From a virus (taxonomy: Duplodnaviria > Caudoviricetes), in IMG/VR virus record IMGVR_UViG_3300021431_000087, positions 32,001 to 96,000 of that record: a stretch of DNA of 64,000 bases. One strand, given 5' to 3'. Every line of letters begins with the position of its first letter. The first letter of the stretch is position 1. Made by a program: the position numbers and the translations under genes. Positions 20,590 to 33,924 of the stretch are shown piece after piece. Below the pieces are notes generated by a model. That model was not told where the DNA came from, ran no database searches, and was given only the letters and a program-made list of their open reading frames with translations.

Positions 20590-22657
20590 CTTAATCTTTT
20601 GTTAGTTTCAACATCACCGATGCGAGTGCCTGAACAGCATGGTCGTTATACCATTTGCGAGCTTTCATTTGGCACTCTTCCTTGCTGTCCCCACTTAAAT
20701 AATCGCTTTCAATAATGGTTACAGAGTCATGTGGCTCATACAATTCATGTTCCTTTTCTAAGTACACACCGCTGCAAAGACGAATATGACACTTACACGT
20801 ATTATCCGGCCAATATCTTGTATCGCAACTGACAAACGGGAAGTCCAAGTCCATCTTTCCGCTACAATCCTCGGTCCATACTGCATTTCTTGTTATGTCT
20901 ATCATTTTACTTTTTCCTTCTTTGAATTGCATGAACAACTCTCGGCATGGACTATTCCGCATTTGTAAGACCCGTCAAAGATTACATAGTCATGACCTTT
21001 CACGTTAACAATAAAGACCTCTGAAGCACCGTATCTTACCTCAGGTTTCTTGTATTTGTATTCGCAACCAGTCACAAAAAAAACCAATGTTATTAATAAA
21101 AGTTTTTTCATAACGTTTCTATTTCATTTAACAGGTTGCTGATTTCTTCTTCTATCTCTGCACGAATCATGGTGTCGTGCTTGTCGAGCAGCTCGCTGAT
21201 GTAGCGCATGACCCACTCTGTAGTCAGTCGCCAGTCGCTGTTGCCATTTTCGGCATACCATAGACGGTGATCTCTGGTGCCTTCGATTTCCTTCTTTACC
21301 TTTTCGAGTTCATTCAGGCGCTCATGTATCTGAACGGCTCTTTTGTATTGTTCGTCTGTCATAATTTATTCCTTTTTTTGCTTTTTCATATTATAAATAC
21401 CTTTCAGTCTGATAACCTCTCACGCAGACGGAGTTATCGCGCTTGTTGATATAGATGCCCGTCTTCCACGGGGTAATGCTACCGATTCGGTCATGTGGCA
21501 CACCTGCCTGCTCCAGCAAACTGCCTAATGCATCGTTGGGACCATAGTCGCTGTAGGGCTCTATTTTCATCTTTCCATACTTTTCATCCTCATAGATACA
21601 CCCACCAAGGTAGTATTCCTTGCAGAGCTTGCGGAACTTCTCTACGGTATCATCACCGATGCCGCTGCTTGCCTTATCCTTGACAAGCGTTCCAAGCATC
21701 ATTGCTATACAGCCGTTCTCAGAACGGTCACCGTTATTCTGAATATGGTTACCAAAAATCATCCTCGTCCACTCGTCGGCAGCCATCTGGCAGGATTCCT
21801 CGAAGGTGTGTACATATCCGTGCTGGGCGATGAACTCCGTCTCGAAGGTTATCAGCCACTCCTTGAAAGGTGATACCACGCCTTTCAGAATGTCGCCCCA
21901 GAAATACGCTCCGTAGGCCACGCGCTCGGGGTCGTCGTCCTTCAGTCCGCGCTGATACGGCCACAGTTCGTGCGCCTTGTGGTAAACCTTGTCGCTGGCT
22001 TCGGCATAGAACCGTTCCTCCGTCATGGCCTTGGTGATACACTCCGCGATGTCCTCGCGCTTAATTTTCTCACATTCGGGAAATGTCTGAATCAATTCTT
22101 CTATTGTCATAGTTCCTTCCGTTATTTTTCTTACTTAAACATAACCACACCAAACATCAGCACGGCAAGCAGCCATCCTGTGACTGTCCATACGAGGAAC
22201 CTTTTCCATTCACGTTCTGTCTTTTCCTCCAGTCTCTTAATGTCATTCAGCTTGTACAGGTGCTCACCGAAATGCTCTATGAATACCTCTTCCACATAGC
22301 GCTTTACTTTCGTGGCAATTCGCTGACGCATTTTCTCTGGGATAGAGAACAGTGTCTTCTCAAACTCACCAGTTGGTGTGACATAATACTCATTCAATAA
22401 CACATCAAACTTGTAGTGTTCCTTGTTTTTCTCTCCGTAACGGTTTGAAACGAACCGCCCGTCAAATTCAATCTTCACGACACCTTCTTTGTCGTATATC
22501 TCCCTGGCCTTTTCCTCAATCTTCTTGGCTTTCATCGTTGCCATCTGGACAAGGCGATTGTAATCATTCTGCGTCAGTTCCACTTTGGGATTGACGTAGG
22601 TTTCTTTTAAGATTTTTTCCACCATAGATTTTATCATTTATTGGGATTAATATATTG

Positions 22658-23083
22658 TCATTTATCTTTTAGCTTATAGCCGAACTGCTTAACATATTTT
22701 CTTAGGACATTAAGACTACCCATTCCAAAGCCTCTTCTGCTAAGATAGAACTTCTCACTTATCTGTAAAATATCCCCCAAAGTCTCGCAGTTGAGTTCAT
22801 TTAAAGTTCGCCACACTTTCGTATTGAAATCCGCCTTATTCAATCTCCGTTTGAGAATTGCATCAGGCTTCAGCCTTTCAAGCGGTCTTTCCTTACGCAC
22901 AGCACCACCTTCTAACGCCTCTGCCTCCTCTGTCAAACGCCGCAACTCTACATCCTTGTCTTCCGCACATTCAAGACCTCTCAGAAATCCTTTCATGTAC
23001 AACTCTACAAGAACATGCTTGAAGACACGTTCCACCTCCGTCTCAGCATCCGTACGTACCTTGGATATTATTCCTTCTATCAT
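22658..23083 (-). CDS. RNA polymerase alpha-CTD-like domain protein
   Basis: FNTKVWRTLNELNCETLGDIL..RRGFGMGSL. Confidence 0.6.
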   Translation of the reverse strand: MIEGIISKVRTDAETEVERVFKHVLVELYMKGFLRGLECAEDKDVELRRLTEEAEALEGGAVRKERPLERLKPDAILKRRLNKADFNTKVWRTLNELNCETLGDILQISEKFYLSRRGFGMGSLNVLRKYVKQFGYKLKDK

Positions 23084-23721
23084 AAGTTCTCGTATAACAG
23101 TGTCAAATGATTCTTCTTCACATCTGGAACTTCCATTTCTTTGAATTTACTCTTAAATCCGATATTGAACTGCTGCAGATTGAATGGGTTGCAAATAATA
23201 TGAATTCCGTTCCTTGTACACATTACAAATTCTACATTTCTTTCATGTCCTGATTCCATCGAATTTATATATTCCAATAATTGAGACAGATATGTTTCTG
23301 ACACATCACCGTCAACGTCAACCACCCATAATGAATCACCTCTTTTCACATACTTTCCAGAGCATGATTCAAAGATGTTGTAGAATTTTTTATAGTCATG
23401 TGCTGCAATCCTCCGTGCTGATTCCGCTTGCGTATCAAGAGCAACCTGTGACATCAGTTTGTAGTTCACGGAACAATAAGCACGCATCTTAAGCAGCGTA
23501 CAAACATCTTTTATTTCTTTTTCATATTTGTCAAGGTCACGCAATGAGTAGATATAGTAATTCCGGAAATGATAGTTTGCTGCTGCCATATCTGGATTAT
23601 CCTTTCCTCGGCGTATCAGTTCGATTACGTAATACTTGTCAAGATTACCTTTCTCGTTTGTCTCAGGAAGTCCGCCTCGCAATTTAATGAACTCCCTATA
23701 CATTTTAAAATTATCTGTCAT
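23080..23721 (-). CDS. conserved phage protein, possible AEP/prim-pol-like fold
   Basis: WVVDVD (DxD) and TRNGIHII (G-x-H) motifs. Confidence 0.4.
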   Translation of the reverse strand: MTDNFKMYREFIKLRGGLPETNEKGNLDKYYVIELIRRGKDNPDMAAANYHFRNYYIYSLRDLDKYEKEIKDVCTLLKMRAYCSVNYKLMSQVALDTQAESARRIAAHDYKKFYNIFESCSGKYVKRGDSLWVVDVDGDVSETYLSQLLEYINSMESGHERNVEFVMCTRNGIHIICNPFNLQQFNIGFKSKFKEMEVPDVKKNHLTLLYENL

Positions 23722-25790
23722 AAATACTCCTCCTTTTTACCTGCTCTTCTTTGGCTTTAAATGCGTAGCTTGCACGTATAATGACGGATGTTCATGGATA
23801 TAGTCCATAACTCGTTTTGTCATATTTTTCTTAAATCCATTGCAAGCTGTCTCGTTTTCTTCAACTTGCAATAACTGTTCGTCTTCATCGTTGAAAGGAT
23901 TAATGCCATCGTAGCACTCTTTGTTCATTTGGATATTGGCACAATCGCCTACATGATCGGGCTGTCCTTTATAGTTGATGTAGCGCATAAAATAGCCACA
24001 TTTTCCACACTTCTTAGCCCTTGCCTTATCCCTCCGTTCATTATCTAACCTACAAAATTCTTGGCAGTATTCCTCCCATATTTCTTGTATGGCAAGAGTT
24101 GTCACCCCATACCACCAACGTCGTCTGTGCTTTCCGTACCAGCGATATACAATCAACTTATTATTGTTGCTTTCCGGATGAGGGAGGATGTGCAGCACAT
24201 GAGCCTTACATACGCTATCCGTCGCCCTGTCATCGTAAAAGTAGTATGCCTTCCCTTCTTGAATTGTTTCCATAAATCATTTTAATTCGTTTATTTTTTC
24301 TTCTATATTTTTTTTCAACGCATCAAGACACCCAAGTAATTCAGAAACCGCTCCGTCTTTGTCTTTATATGGATCAGTCTCGTAATACATCTCACCTATA
24401 GAAATAGAGCCTAACCACCTGCCACTTTGTTCGTTTCTCGCTACGGTAATAGTTACACAAGGAGAACAATATATACCTGTCTTTTTTGCTATTTTGTTCA
24501 TATCATTATGGTCTTTGTTCGTTTATACTGATTCCTTAGTTCCGACGTGCTGTAGCCAAATGCTCCAAGCGAGTCTATGTATGCGATAGCTTCTTCCTCC
24601 GTCATATGGGAGAGGTCTTTGACTTGTATTCTCGAAACACCTGAAACTTTTATAAAATTTTTCGAAGTCCGCAGATACTCAACGACCTCTTCCATCAAGC
24701 TAAATGGAAGAAAACCTTCGACATAAATACCGTCCTCCTCACTACGCATTATCTTTACCTTTTTGCGCAGCATCCTTGTTACGCATTCACGTGTTTCCTC
24801 TGTGCTTGCCATTAACACTTTTCTTTCCATAACTTGTCCTCATTCTTTAGTTGGTTGACGAAGCTCTCCAACATGGTCTGATAAACGTCCCTGTCTTTTA
24901 GGAACATGAGGTAGTCGAAGCGCAGACGATAGACAGTACTGATATAATAACACTTCTCATAGCCAAACAGTTTGTCCTGTAGGTTCAGCAGCGTCTTGAT
25001 ATACTCATCGCCACTATAGAACATGTTGACAAGCCGAACAATCTCATCAACGCAGTTTACGTACCCGCCGGTTTCCGTATCTTTGTCCCATTTCCACCAT
25101 TTTACGTTTTTTTTCTTATGCCCGTGCATCAATTCTGTCAGCCCGAGCAGATAGTTTGCCTGATCGTGCTTGATGAGATATTTGCCGAGCCGAAACCACG
25201 ATGTGAGATTCTTGCAGGCATACACATGCTCTCCGTTGATAGTACTTTCAGACTTCATTGACTGCTCTCTGCGGCCAGCGTAGTCCTGTATCTTCCATTC
25301 GGTTATAAAAATCTCTGCCATCGCTCAGTCCTCCTTACTAATGATTTCCCTTACATCTTCCTGATCAAATCGGAAGTCCATGCAATAGCGCTGCAGACAG
25401 CAGCAGACCACCTCCTCTCCAACAGCCTTATAATATTCTGCAACGTGATAGAGGTTGGGAATGGTGTTAGGGTCGAACTCTTCCTTGTGTGCCTTGATGC
25501 GGTGTATCGCATTGTATCGGTACAATCCAATCTCGCTCATCATCAAACCGTAGTCAAGCCAACCTTTTCTCTTGGTTTCCTCTTCAATGCCTGGCGGTGT
25601 CGGTTCTTCCTGCTTCATCTCGTCAATGATGGACTTTACCGACCCCAGTGCCTCAAGCTCGGCAGCGACCATACACTCCTCTGTCGTGCCAAGCGGGTCT
25701 GGGTTGCAACTTCTTTTCAGCGTTTCAATGATTCCATCTATCTTTGCTGTTATTTTCTCTGAATCAATATACTTCATAGTTCCTATTATT

Positions 25791-26855
25791 TTAAATTAAC
25801 GGACTGTCGTAAGTATTTACTTTAGCAAATTCTTTTTTTAATTCTTTAACCCTATCCATTTCATCGCAATGCGTCACATCAAGGACATAGTTAACACCCT
25901 TTGCATCGTCAGTAATCCTATTGTGAAGTTCTGTTATATCAAGTTCTCCATAGCGGAACATTCCTTGATGCTCATTGTAATGGTTTGTCCTGTCCTCCAA
26001 TATGTCGGAAGAAAGAGCATACCTACTTATCTCATTGCTGATATACCCGTCGCCATGTCTTGTAAGATACGGACGTGTCACATAGTGCGCGGTTATATCC
26101 TCTATTCCCATTTGCCTTGCCATTGAAAGCGCATAGGAAATACCCGTATTGGATGGAGTGGTGTCTTCCGTATCTTTGCCTGTGTCGCAAAGGAGAAGTC
26201 CTTGACCATTCTCGAAAACAATATTGTCGTAGCTATTCATTGTCACAACGTCTGCGGGCTTTGTTAGTGAGTGCATGATCTGACAATCTCGGACGAAATG
26301 TACCTTCAGTATGTCTGAATCCCACGTATCCTTCCATTTTGTCGGTATTTCCATGAAATTCTCGTAGTAAAACTTCACGCTTTCGAGATACTCATATTGT
26401 CTATCTTCATTTTTAACAAAGTCATCAAACAGCATGATAGGCATGCTTCCGTAGCGTTTGATTGTCATCCATATACCCATTCCACATGATGCGTGTCTCC
26501 CTCTTGCTTCTTCGTCTATAAGATTAGCCATAGCGTCATAAGGCGTGCTCCATCTGCATCTTGGGTCGCGGTAGATATGTTTCGGTTTTACTATCAATTC
26601 GCAGTATTCCTTAACGAACTGCATAGGGTTTAGGATATACCATGCTGAATAGTAGTTGTCCGCACCATAACAAGTGCCGCTTCCAAAGTGCTGAAACGTC
26701 ATTGAACCGTCCTTGGTGAGAATGGAGTGCCCACGCTGTGAGCCTCCATTCGTCAAGACATTCAGCACATTTGTGCCAGTTTTTGTAAGGTGGGCGACGA
26801 CCGTACCCTTTCCCTCATCTCCATAATTTGCTCCAATTACTATTCTTGCATTCAT
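25791..26855 (-). CDS. adenylosuccinate synthetase-like protein
   Basis: GANYGDEGKG, NGGSQRGH, FENGQGLLL, TRPYLTRHGDG. Confidence 0.85.
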   Translation of the reverse strand: MNARIVIGANYGDEGKGTVVAHLTKTGTNVLNVLTNGGSQRGHSILTKDGSMTFQHFGSGTCYGADNYYSAWYILNPMQFVKEYCELIVKPKHIYRDPRCRWSTPYDAMANLIDEEARGRHASCGMGIWMTIKRYGSMPIMLFDDFVKNEDRQYEYLESVKFYYENFMEIPTKWKDTWDSDILKVHFVRDCQIMHSLTKPADVVTMNSYDNIVFENGQGLLLCDTGKDTEDTTPSNTGISYALSMARQMGIEDITAHYVTRPYLTRHGDGYISNEISRYALSSDILEDRTNHYNEHQGMFRYGELDITELHNRITDDAKGVNYVLDVTHCDEMDRVKELKKEFAKVNTYDSPLI

Positions 26856-26861
26856 AGGCCT

Positions 26862-27725
26862 CTACCAACTTATTAAACCACTATTCAGTTTGCTTTCTGG
26901 CTGCTGTTCTACGCCCTCCAAACTTTCGTTGATACACGTTTCTATCACTGCAGCAAGGTTGTTGATTGAAGCTACCTTATAGCGCAGACCAAGAACAGAT
27001 CCAAAGCTGCTGGCTATGTCATTCTGATAAAACTTGTAGCTATCTTGCGGACTATCCACGGCGATGTGGAAGATATCGAACTTTTCAGTTGCCTCCTGAT
27101 AGAGCTGGAGTGTCTCGATGTCGGCCTGTTCCGTACCACCGATAGCTTGGTTCAATTTGTCCACCGGAAGATAGGGATTCAGCGGCTCGTCACCCATAGT
27201 GATGATGATACCTTTCCGATGCTGTTTGTCATAGCAGTCAAGTTTCGTTCGCTTCAATCCCATGTACCAAGCAGCCGTGTAACTCTCGTAGCGATTTCCA
27301 CCGCCACCATGCTCCATATAGACTTTGTCTAACGACTCTACTATGCGGATGTCGCTCTCGAACTGACTCATTTGAATTGGTGCACGGTCGTAAGCCAAAT
27401 CACCTATGCCCATCATACAGAACTCTATGTCCTTAAACTTCTTGTAGAGGTTAAAAATAATGGTGCCCAGAGCTGCCGCAGTCTCGCTACAAGCCTCGCC
27501 CATCGAACCAGTAACGTCAAGACCAAGGATAACAGGAATGGTATTAGGGTGCTCTTCGCTATTGACACATTCCCTTACCTTAAAGTTTCTTGGGTCAAGT
27601 GAAGGGTCTATGTTCCTTGCAATAAACTCCTGTCCTTTAACACGTCCCGTTGAAGAATCATAACTGCGACCAAGACTGGTTGCGTAGGTACGCATTGAAC
27701 TATGTGATACTGTTCCGCTTCCCAT
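26862..27725 (-). CDS. VWA domain protein
   Basis: MIDAS LDVTGSMG, GGGGNRYESY, TMGDE. Confidence 0.85.
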   Translation of the reverse strand: MGSGTVSHSSMRTYATSLGRSYDSSTGRVKGQEFIARNIDPSLDPRNFKVRECVNSEEHPNTIPVILGLDVTGSMGEACSETAAALGTIIFNLYKKFKDIEFCMMGIGDLAYDRAPIQMSQFESDIRIVESLDKVYMEHGGGGNRYESYTAAWYMGLKRTKLDCYDKQHRKGIIITMGDEPLNPYLPVDKLNQAIGGTEQADIETLQLYQEATEKFDIFHIAVDSPQDSYKFYQNDIASSFGSVLGLRYKVASINNLAAVIETCINESLEGVEQQPESKLNSGLISW

Positions 27726-27832
27726 TACTTCTCCTCCTTTTTGTTTTCATTGTTTGTTACTTTGTTTGTCTGATTCTGAACGTTTTCCTTTGCGTACTCA
27801 GGAAATACGACATTACCTATTGCTCCCATCGT

Positions 27833-28441
27833 TTAATCCTCCTCGCTTGTTCCTGTTTCCTCTTCGTTATCGCTCTCACTGAAGTCAAAGTCAAACATAC
27901 CGTCAAACGGATTTTCCTTGCCGCCCATAAACATCGACATTGCCATCATCTGGCCGAATCCGTTATTGTTCGTGCTATTGTTTCCACCTCCCATCATTTG
28001 AGAGAACATCATCATCTTCATCATATTTCCAAGTCCCCTGCCGCCTTTAAAGGCATTACCAAACATGGAAACGATTTTCCCATAGAAGTATGTACTGCCC
28101 ATGAAAACGTGTCGCTCTGGCACAACCTGTCGAACCTCTGCGTTTTCATAATCTATAACCGTGATAATCTTCTTGTTAGCCTCTGTTACGCACTTTGGCT
28201 TTCCACCTACAAGGATAATGTCGCCAACCTCAACCTTATTTGTTGGAATAACAAAAAACATCTCATCACCTACGTTGAAGCAGAAATTAGTAACATTGGT
28301 TAAAGTCCCTTTCTTTATATTATAGGACTTGTAGCCGTTAGAGCACTTGACAGCGATGCTGCCATTCATAGTAAGACGGCACATGCCTGATGCTATCTTA
28401 CCAAACATACCATTAAAGGAGTTCTGAATGTTTTCAAACAT
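27833..28441 (-). CDS. conserved protein with Met/Gly-rich C-terminus (VWA/PurA module)
   Basis: Co-directional upstream gene; MMKMMMFSQMMGGG. Confidence 0.6.
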   Translation of the reverse strand: MFENIQNSFNGMFGKIASGMCRLTMNGSIAVKCSNGYKSYNIKKGTLTNVTNFCFNVGDEMFFVIPTNKVEVGDIILVGGKPKCVTEANKKIITVIDYENAEVRQVVPERHVFMGSTYFYGKIVSMFGNAFKGGRGLGNMMKMMMFSQMMGGGNNSTNNNGFGQMMAMSMFMGGKENPFDGMFDFDFSESDNEEETGTSEED

Positions 28442-28476
28442 AATTATTTATTTTTTTTGTTTATATTATGCAGGAC

Positions 28477-28881
28477 TCAAACCTGCGTTAGTTTTTCTTT
28501 CCATAGTTTTGTCCCGTCGAGCGTTGTGCGTCTGCCCAATACCTCTACGAGGTATTTCTTTCCTTTCTCCGCGCCCCATTCCTCACGACCCTCGCGGTAC
28601 TCGATGGCTTTCAACTCGAAGGTCATGCGGCGCGATTCATCATCCTTCTTCGGATAACCCAACGAGAACTGGACGTGGGTGTAATCGGTGGGTACGCCTT
28701 TCTTCGTACAGTGGCTTACGGCACAGTAACCTCCCCAGTCACAATCGCCCTTCGAGCGGCAAAGCCGCTTCACCCAATAGAAGACATCCCGATATTCCTC
28801 CGTCTTCTCGCCAGACTCTATCATTCTGTAGTACTTAGCCTTCAGTGGCTGATACAGGATTTTAATTCTTTGCTGTTCCAT
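28477..28881 (-). CDS. ASCH/PUA-like domain protein
   Basis: YYRMIESGEKTEEYR..YWVKRL..FSLGY. Confidence 0.75.
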   Translation of the reverse strand: MEQQRIKILYQPLKAKYYRMIESGEKTEEYRDVFYWVKRLCRSKGDCDWGGYCAVSHCTKKGVPTDYTHVQFSLGYPKKDDESRRMTFELKAIEYREGREEWGAEKGKKYLVEVLGRRTTLDGTKLWKEKLTQV

Positions 28882-31800
28882 AGTTATTCCTCCGCTCTTG
28901 ATTTTACACATTGACGCACTATCTGCTCGGTGATGATATTGTTATTGGCCGTAGCCATCTGGTCGAGTTTCTCCACGTCAAATTCCTCGGCAGAGAACTT
29001 GAACTGAATCCAATTTGGCTCAAACTCGCGGTAGTCGAGGAACGTCTTCGGTTCGTCTGTTTCGAGAATGTATTTCACCATGCGCAGCAGACGCTCACCT
29101 GCTGGCTTCGACTCCACAAATCCACTGACATCATACTGGCTGGCCCCACGGCTCTTCCAATACTCGCCGCCGCCTTTAGGACGTTTATCCTTCGGGTCGA
29201 AGCGCACAATGTCACTGTCGAAATACTCAATGGCCACCGATACACCTTTATTCCCAAAACCAAGATTGCCGGAAAAAGGACGATATCTGCGGTTATTGTT
29301 CTCGATATAGAAAGGCACATCTTTGGGGTTAACATGGTTTATCCCGCAAGTGTGCATCCAGTCTTGCACCCACTTTATCAGGTCGTGAAGGGTGATTACT
29401 TCTTGTTCGTTCATGATTTATTCCTCCTTGTCTTTAAGTGTTTTCTTTAGTTCTGCTATCAATGCATCTGCATACCTGATGGCAAGAATAGCGGATGCTT
29501 TTGGATAACTCATTCCGTTCATCCATTCCTTCTGATCAGCATTCACGGATATTGCTGCATTAGGAAGAAGCTCCTTGGCTATCTCATAGCGTCGCTGTTC
29601 CCAGTCGATAGAATCTTCCGCTTCTTCTATTTCTACGTAGTTGTCATAGAAGCTGACTGGCAGGTTCATCAACTCGCCTTCGCTATTTCGGAACATGGTA
29701 TAGCTGCCGTCAGCACCGTATCGCTCAACATCTACTATTTCTCCTGTTTTCTTGTCTCTTGCCTTCATTGTCAATCCTTCTTAAATAGTTCTTCATCAAA
29801 CGAGTCAAACCTCTCTACCCATTCGTGGGTCTTTAGATTATATCTTCCGATAGTCCAATTTATCACCACAGATGTATTGTTTGGCAGTTCAAAGTACTTC
29901 TCTACGAAAGCCTTCCATTCCTTTTCTGCCTCCTCGCGAGAATTGATATGGCACACATCGTCGTCGTCAACGTTATGTTCACAGTAGAACTGGTCTGTTA
30001 TCTGGTCAGCAATGTCATCGAGCGACGGCGCGAATTGTGTGACGTTCACTTCCTCAATAATACCGACCCATATAACATCAGTATAATCGTCCATATCCTC
30101 ATCCCAATAGTTGCCGTCGGGATGATCGTATGCGTCCTGCGCAAACGCAATAACCTCGTCAATGGAATCGAACATATCAGTGAAACACTCCGTATCACTG
30201 AGGCCAAAGCCGTACTTTACTTTTTTATCTTCCATAATCATTACTTTTTACTTCTTGCAAATCTAAAATCTCTACACGCATCCGCTAATTCGTTCCCATG
30301 AGGGCAGAACCTCCGAAGCATTGACATCGTAAGATTTGCGGACATTCCACTGTGCCCTTCCGACATGAACACGTCGTAAGCCTTCTCCAGACGTGCTGCC
30401 AAAACAAGCGACTCATCACGCATTATCTTACAGCAGTCAAGCACTTGCTCCAGCTCCATTCCATGATAGAGGTCGCCGAGACGAATAGGAACAATCTCAT
30501 CCCAATACTCCAACTCGCTATCCAATACAAGACCACGCGCTTCGTTTCGGTAATGCTCGGTCAGTTGCGGTATTCTTGCCCGATGCTCGCGCTCAGCACG
30601 TTCATACTCTTCTCTCCACTTTCGTTGCCCTTCTTCAAATTCAGCCTTTGTCTTACCAAGAACTTTCATATAGGCTTCATCAACGCTGTCTGTGGAATAA
30701 ATTTCCTTTCCATTGAACTTGCCAAAGCACGGTTCGCCTGCGTTCTCGGATTCTTTCTTCAGCCACTCAATGGCTTCATCAAGATTTGTACCTCCAGGTA
30801 TTCTTATCTCTTTCATCTTTTTTAATACATTCTAAAATATTACTCCCTATAATCATCATAAATCTCCACCTCCCAAAGACCTTCTTTGTTAGACGGCTTA
30901 AATAAGATAATTTTTCCGTACTTCTCGACGAACTTATGCAAGTCGGGAATATCGCACATCCAGGCCTTCGTCGGTTTCTTATAATAACCGCATAATCCTT
31001 TTTCATCTTCCCTTTCTACGTCAAGTAAATAACGAAACCTCTCTTTTACGCTTTCTGATGCACTTGCAGCTATAATTTCATATTTATGGATTTCGCATGG
31101 AACAGCCTCTTCTATAGGTTGTTCGTAATCCCATGTACTTGATCTTGTTACAATATACTTTGTCATACTTTTTTAGTTATCAAAAGCAAACACCACACGA
31201 CACTCATATTCTCCTGTCGATTCAATGCCCTCACAAAGGGAGACAAGACCAAGCCACTCCACATAGTCAGCATAAGGCTTCATCGTTTCGTCCTCCTGTT
31301 TGAAGCAATCATCAAAACACTGCCTTAACTCCTGTGTGGTAAGCCATGAATGAGAATGAAGGTCTGGGTCTGTTATCGTAAGGTGGTTTTCATCCACCCA
31401 TTTTGAGCAACCTAATTCTACCCATTTTTCAGCCATTTCCTTTAAGCAGTAACGCTCTCCCCAGTCTGCTGCCGCTTTATCGTCTGTTACGTACAAATAG
31501 AAACTGTTACGAGTAGCCCAATCTATTATGTCATTTGGAAGCCCACGTGGTTCAAACTGAACTTTATAATAATCACCATATGCTCTCACATTTGCCATTC
31601 GTGCAAACATTCCGTATATACGGCAACGAAACTCACCCAAGAAACCGACATTGTACCATTCGTTTCTTTCATTAGGATAAGATTTTTTCCTCCTTCTCCG
31701 TTCTACTCTTAAATGTATATCACAACCCATAGCTCTATATGTTTATTATTTTTCCGTACTTTTTCAATTCTTCAACCATCCATCCGTAACCGCAAAAACC

Positions 31801-33648
31801 TTTTGATTGTTTTTCGGCTTTCTTGGCTTCGGATGGAGTGACAAACTTTACTTCAACACAAGCCGACCACCCGTCATCCCAATGGTAATAAAAGCGACCC
31901 TCTTTGAGATTGGGATAAATAGGTTTACCTCTCATGGTAGCCGTGCAAGTCATCGCATAAAAACGACCTTCACCACTCCATTTCCCGTTCCAACTACCCA
32001 CACCAGGCATGGTAAGGATAAAAAGAGCTTTTGTCTTCTTTTCTTCTTTCATATTATCATTTCTTTTCAAATTTCTCACACGGCTTTCCATATAATGGTG
32101 CGCAATAGAACAAGCCATTTTCTTCCTTCGGTTTCAGTTCGCATACCATTGTATCATAGTACTGTCGTCTGAAGGTGCGCCCTTTGACCCTATGCTTGCA
32201 GTCCTTACACCGGTATTCGTTCGGTGCAAGCTTTTTGCTCTTTCGCTTGTACACTACCACCGTCCTGCCGACAATCTTTGCCGTGCAATCATCTGGGATA
32301 GTGTATTCTCCTTCTTTCAAGTCATCCCGCGTAGGCTCTTCTTTCATATCAAAGGGATTGTACGGCATATCCTCTTCTCTTACACCTGCCGCCTTGCAGA
32401 CACGATAGACGACCTCGTCAAGGCTCGCACATTTGGGATTGGAATAGATGCCCCACGCTTTCGCACAGTCGGCACAATCATCATTTGTTATGCCGTCTAT
32501 GGCTTTGCCAGCAATATCAGCCTCCCACAGTCTCTTAAACTCTTCCTTTGTGTAAACCATATTTTATTCTACTTTATAAAGATAACATGTTTCGTCTGCC
32601 GTCGTGATGAACACCACATCGGGAACGACAAGGTTGAAAACCATTCTATTGAAGGTCTGAATATACGTTGCCCTCGGTTTTATCTCCCCTTGGGTTATCT
32701 GCTTTACTATCGGCTGATATATGCTGCCCTTACGGAAAACATAAAGCGACTTCAACAAATCCTTTGCCTTTGCCATACACTTCTACTTTTTAAACAGACC
32801 AATCTTTATCATTATAATGGCAATACACCTTGTTCCCTTCCGTTCCATTGCAATATTTGCAAGTGTCACAGTTCTTTCTTTTTAATGTGCAACTGTCTGC
32901 CACTATTCGAATTCGACGCATTTTCATATATCAATCCTCCAATTCTACTTCACGACTACGCATGATGTTATGGATAGCTTCTCGGCACTCTTCAGTGTCG
33001 GCCTCCATAATAAGCCTGCGGAACGTGCTCCTGTAGGTGGTCTCGTAGGCTTGCTCTAACAATTCTTTGTCCTTTTCTGTCATAATTCAAAATATATCTT
33101 GTTCGTCTACTGCCATCCCATCGTGGATGAGCCCCATAAAGTCGAACTTGCGCTCACAAAGCCATTTTACACGTTTAAAGGACGGAGTGCTTGCAAACAT
33201 ATCCAAATCCCCGTAATGAGGTAATTTTGCGTATTCTTTACGCTCTTCTATTGTCATGCTCTCCATCGTCCGAAGTATAGGTTTCACAAACTCTACGTGA
33301 AAATGCTGCGTGCCAAGGAATGCCTTCTCGCCTATAGGCACGCACTCTACCGAGCCACGATACACATCTATGGATTGCAACTTACAAGGAAACTCCTGAA
33401 AGTCGTGCTTGACCTTCAAGCCGTAGGGCGCATACAAGCATAAGGCAGAAAGTCTCTCCCTAATCTCTTCCTTTGTCATTTTCTTCGCCCTCTCCTTCTA
33501 TTGTTAATATTATCAATATTGTGGCTACACTTTTCGCATGGGTGATAGCCAGATTCGAACCAATTCCACCCCTTATACCGAGTGCATTGCTCGATAACTG
33601 GGAACACTTTACATTTATATGAATCGTCCATAATTTTTATTTTTCAAT

Positions 33649-33924
33649 CTATTCAAATATACTACGCATGTCCGTTTCAAAAGACTGGGAAAATCCGCAT
33701 TCTTCATCATAATCATCTGCCCAGTTTCTTTCAATTCTGTCCATCCTATCAAAATAGGAGTTTCTTCGGTCTGAGGATATTTGCTTCTTGCACTCCTTGA
33801 CTTGCCCGTCCGTCAAAGAAAAAAACGAAACGTTGGAATGCGCCCATAATACGTATTTTGGGTTTGTCTTTATGACCGACTCCACGCTTTGCCCTTTATA
33901 CATGCCAAAAGTAAATTTGTCCAT
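33649..33924 (-). CDS. FGKYKG-motif small domain protein (ExoX C-terminal-like)
   Basis: FTFGMYKGQSV..NPKYVLW. Confidence 0.6.
   Translation of the reverse strand: MDKFTFGMYKGQSVESVIKTNPKYVLWAHSNVSFFSLTDGQVKECKKQISSDRRNSYFDRMDRIERNWADDYDEECGFSQSFETDMRSIFE

Noticed and set aside
25791-26855. PurZ (Z-genome) assignment
   Set aside because: It has Asp in GDEGKG as in PurA rather than the Ser typical of PurZ; no datZ/mazZ recognised in the window
33540-33575. Minus-strand GGTTCGAATC T-loop-like motif
   Set aside because: Stems are weak and no convincing cloverleaf could be built
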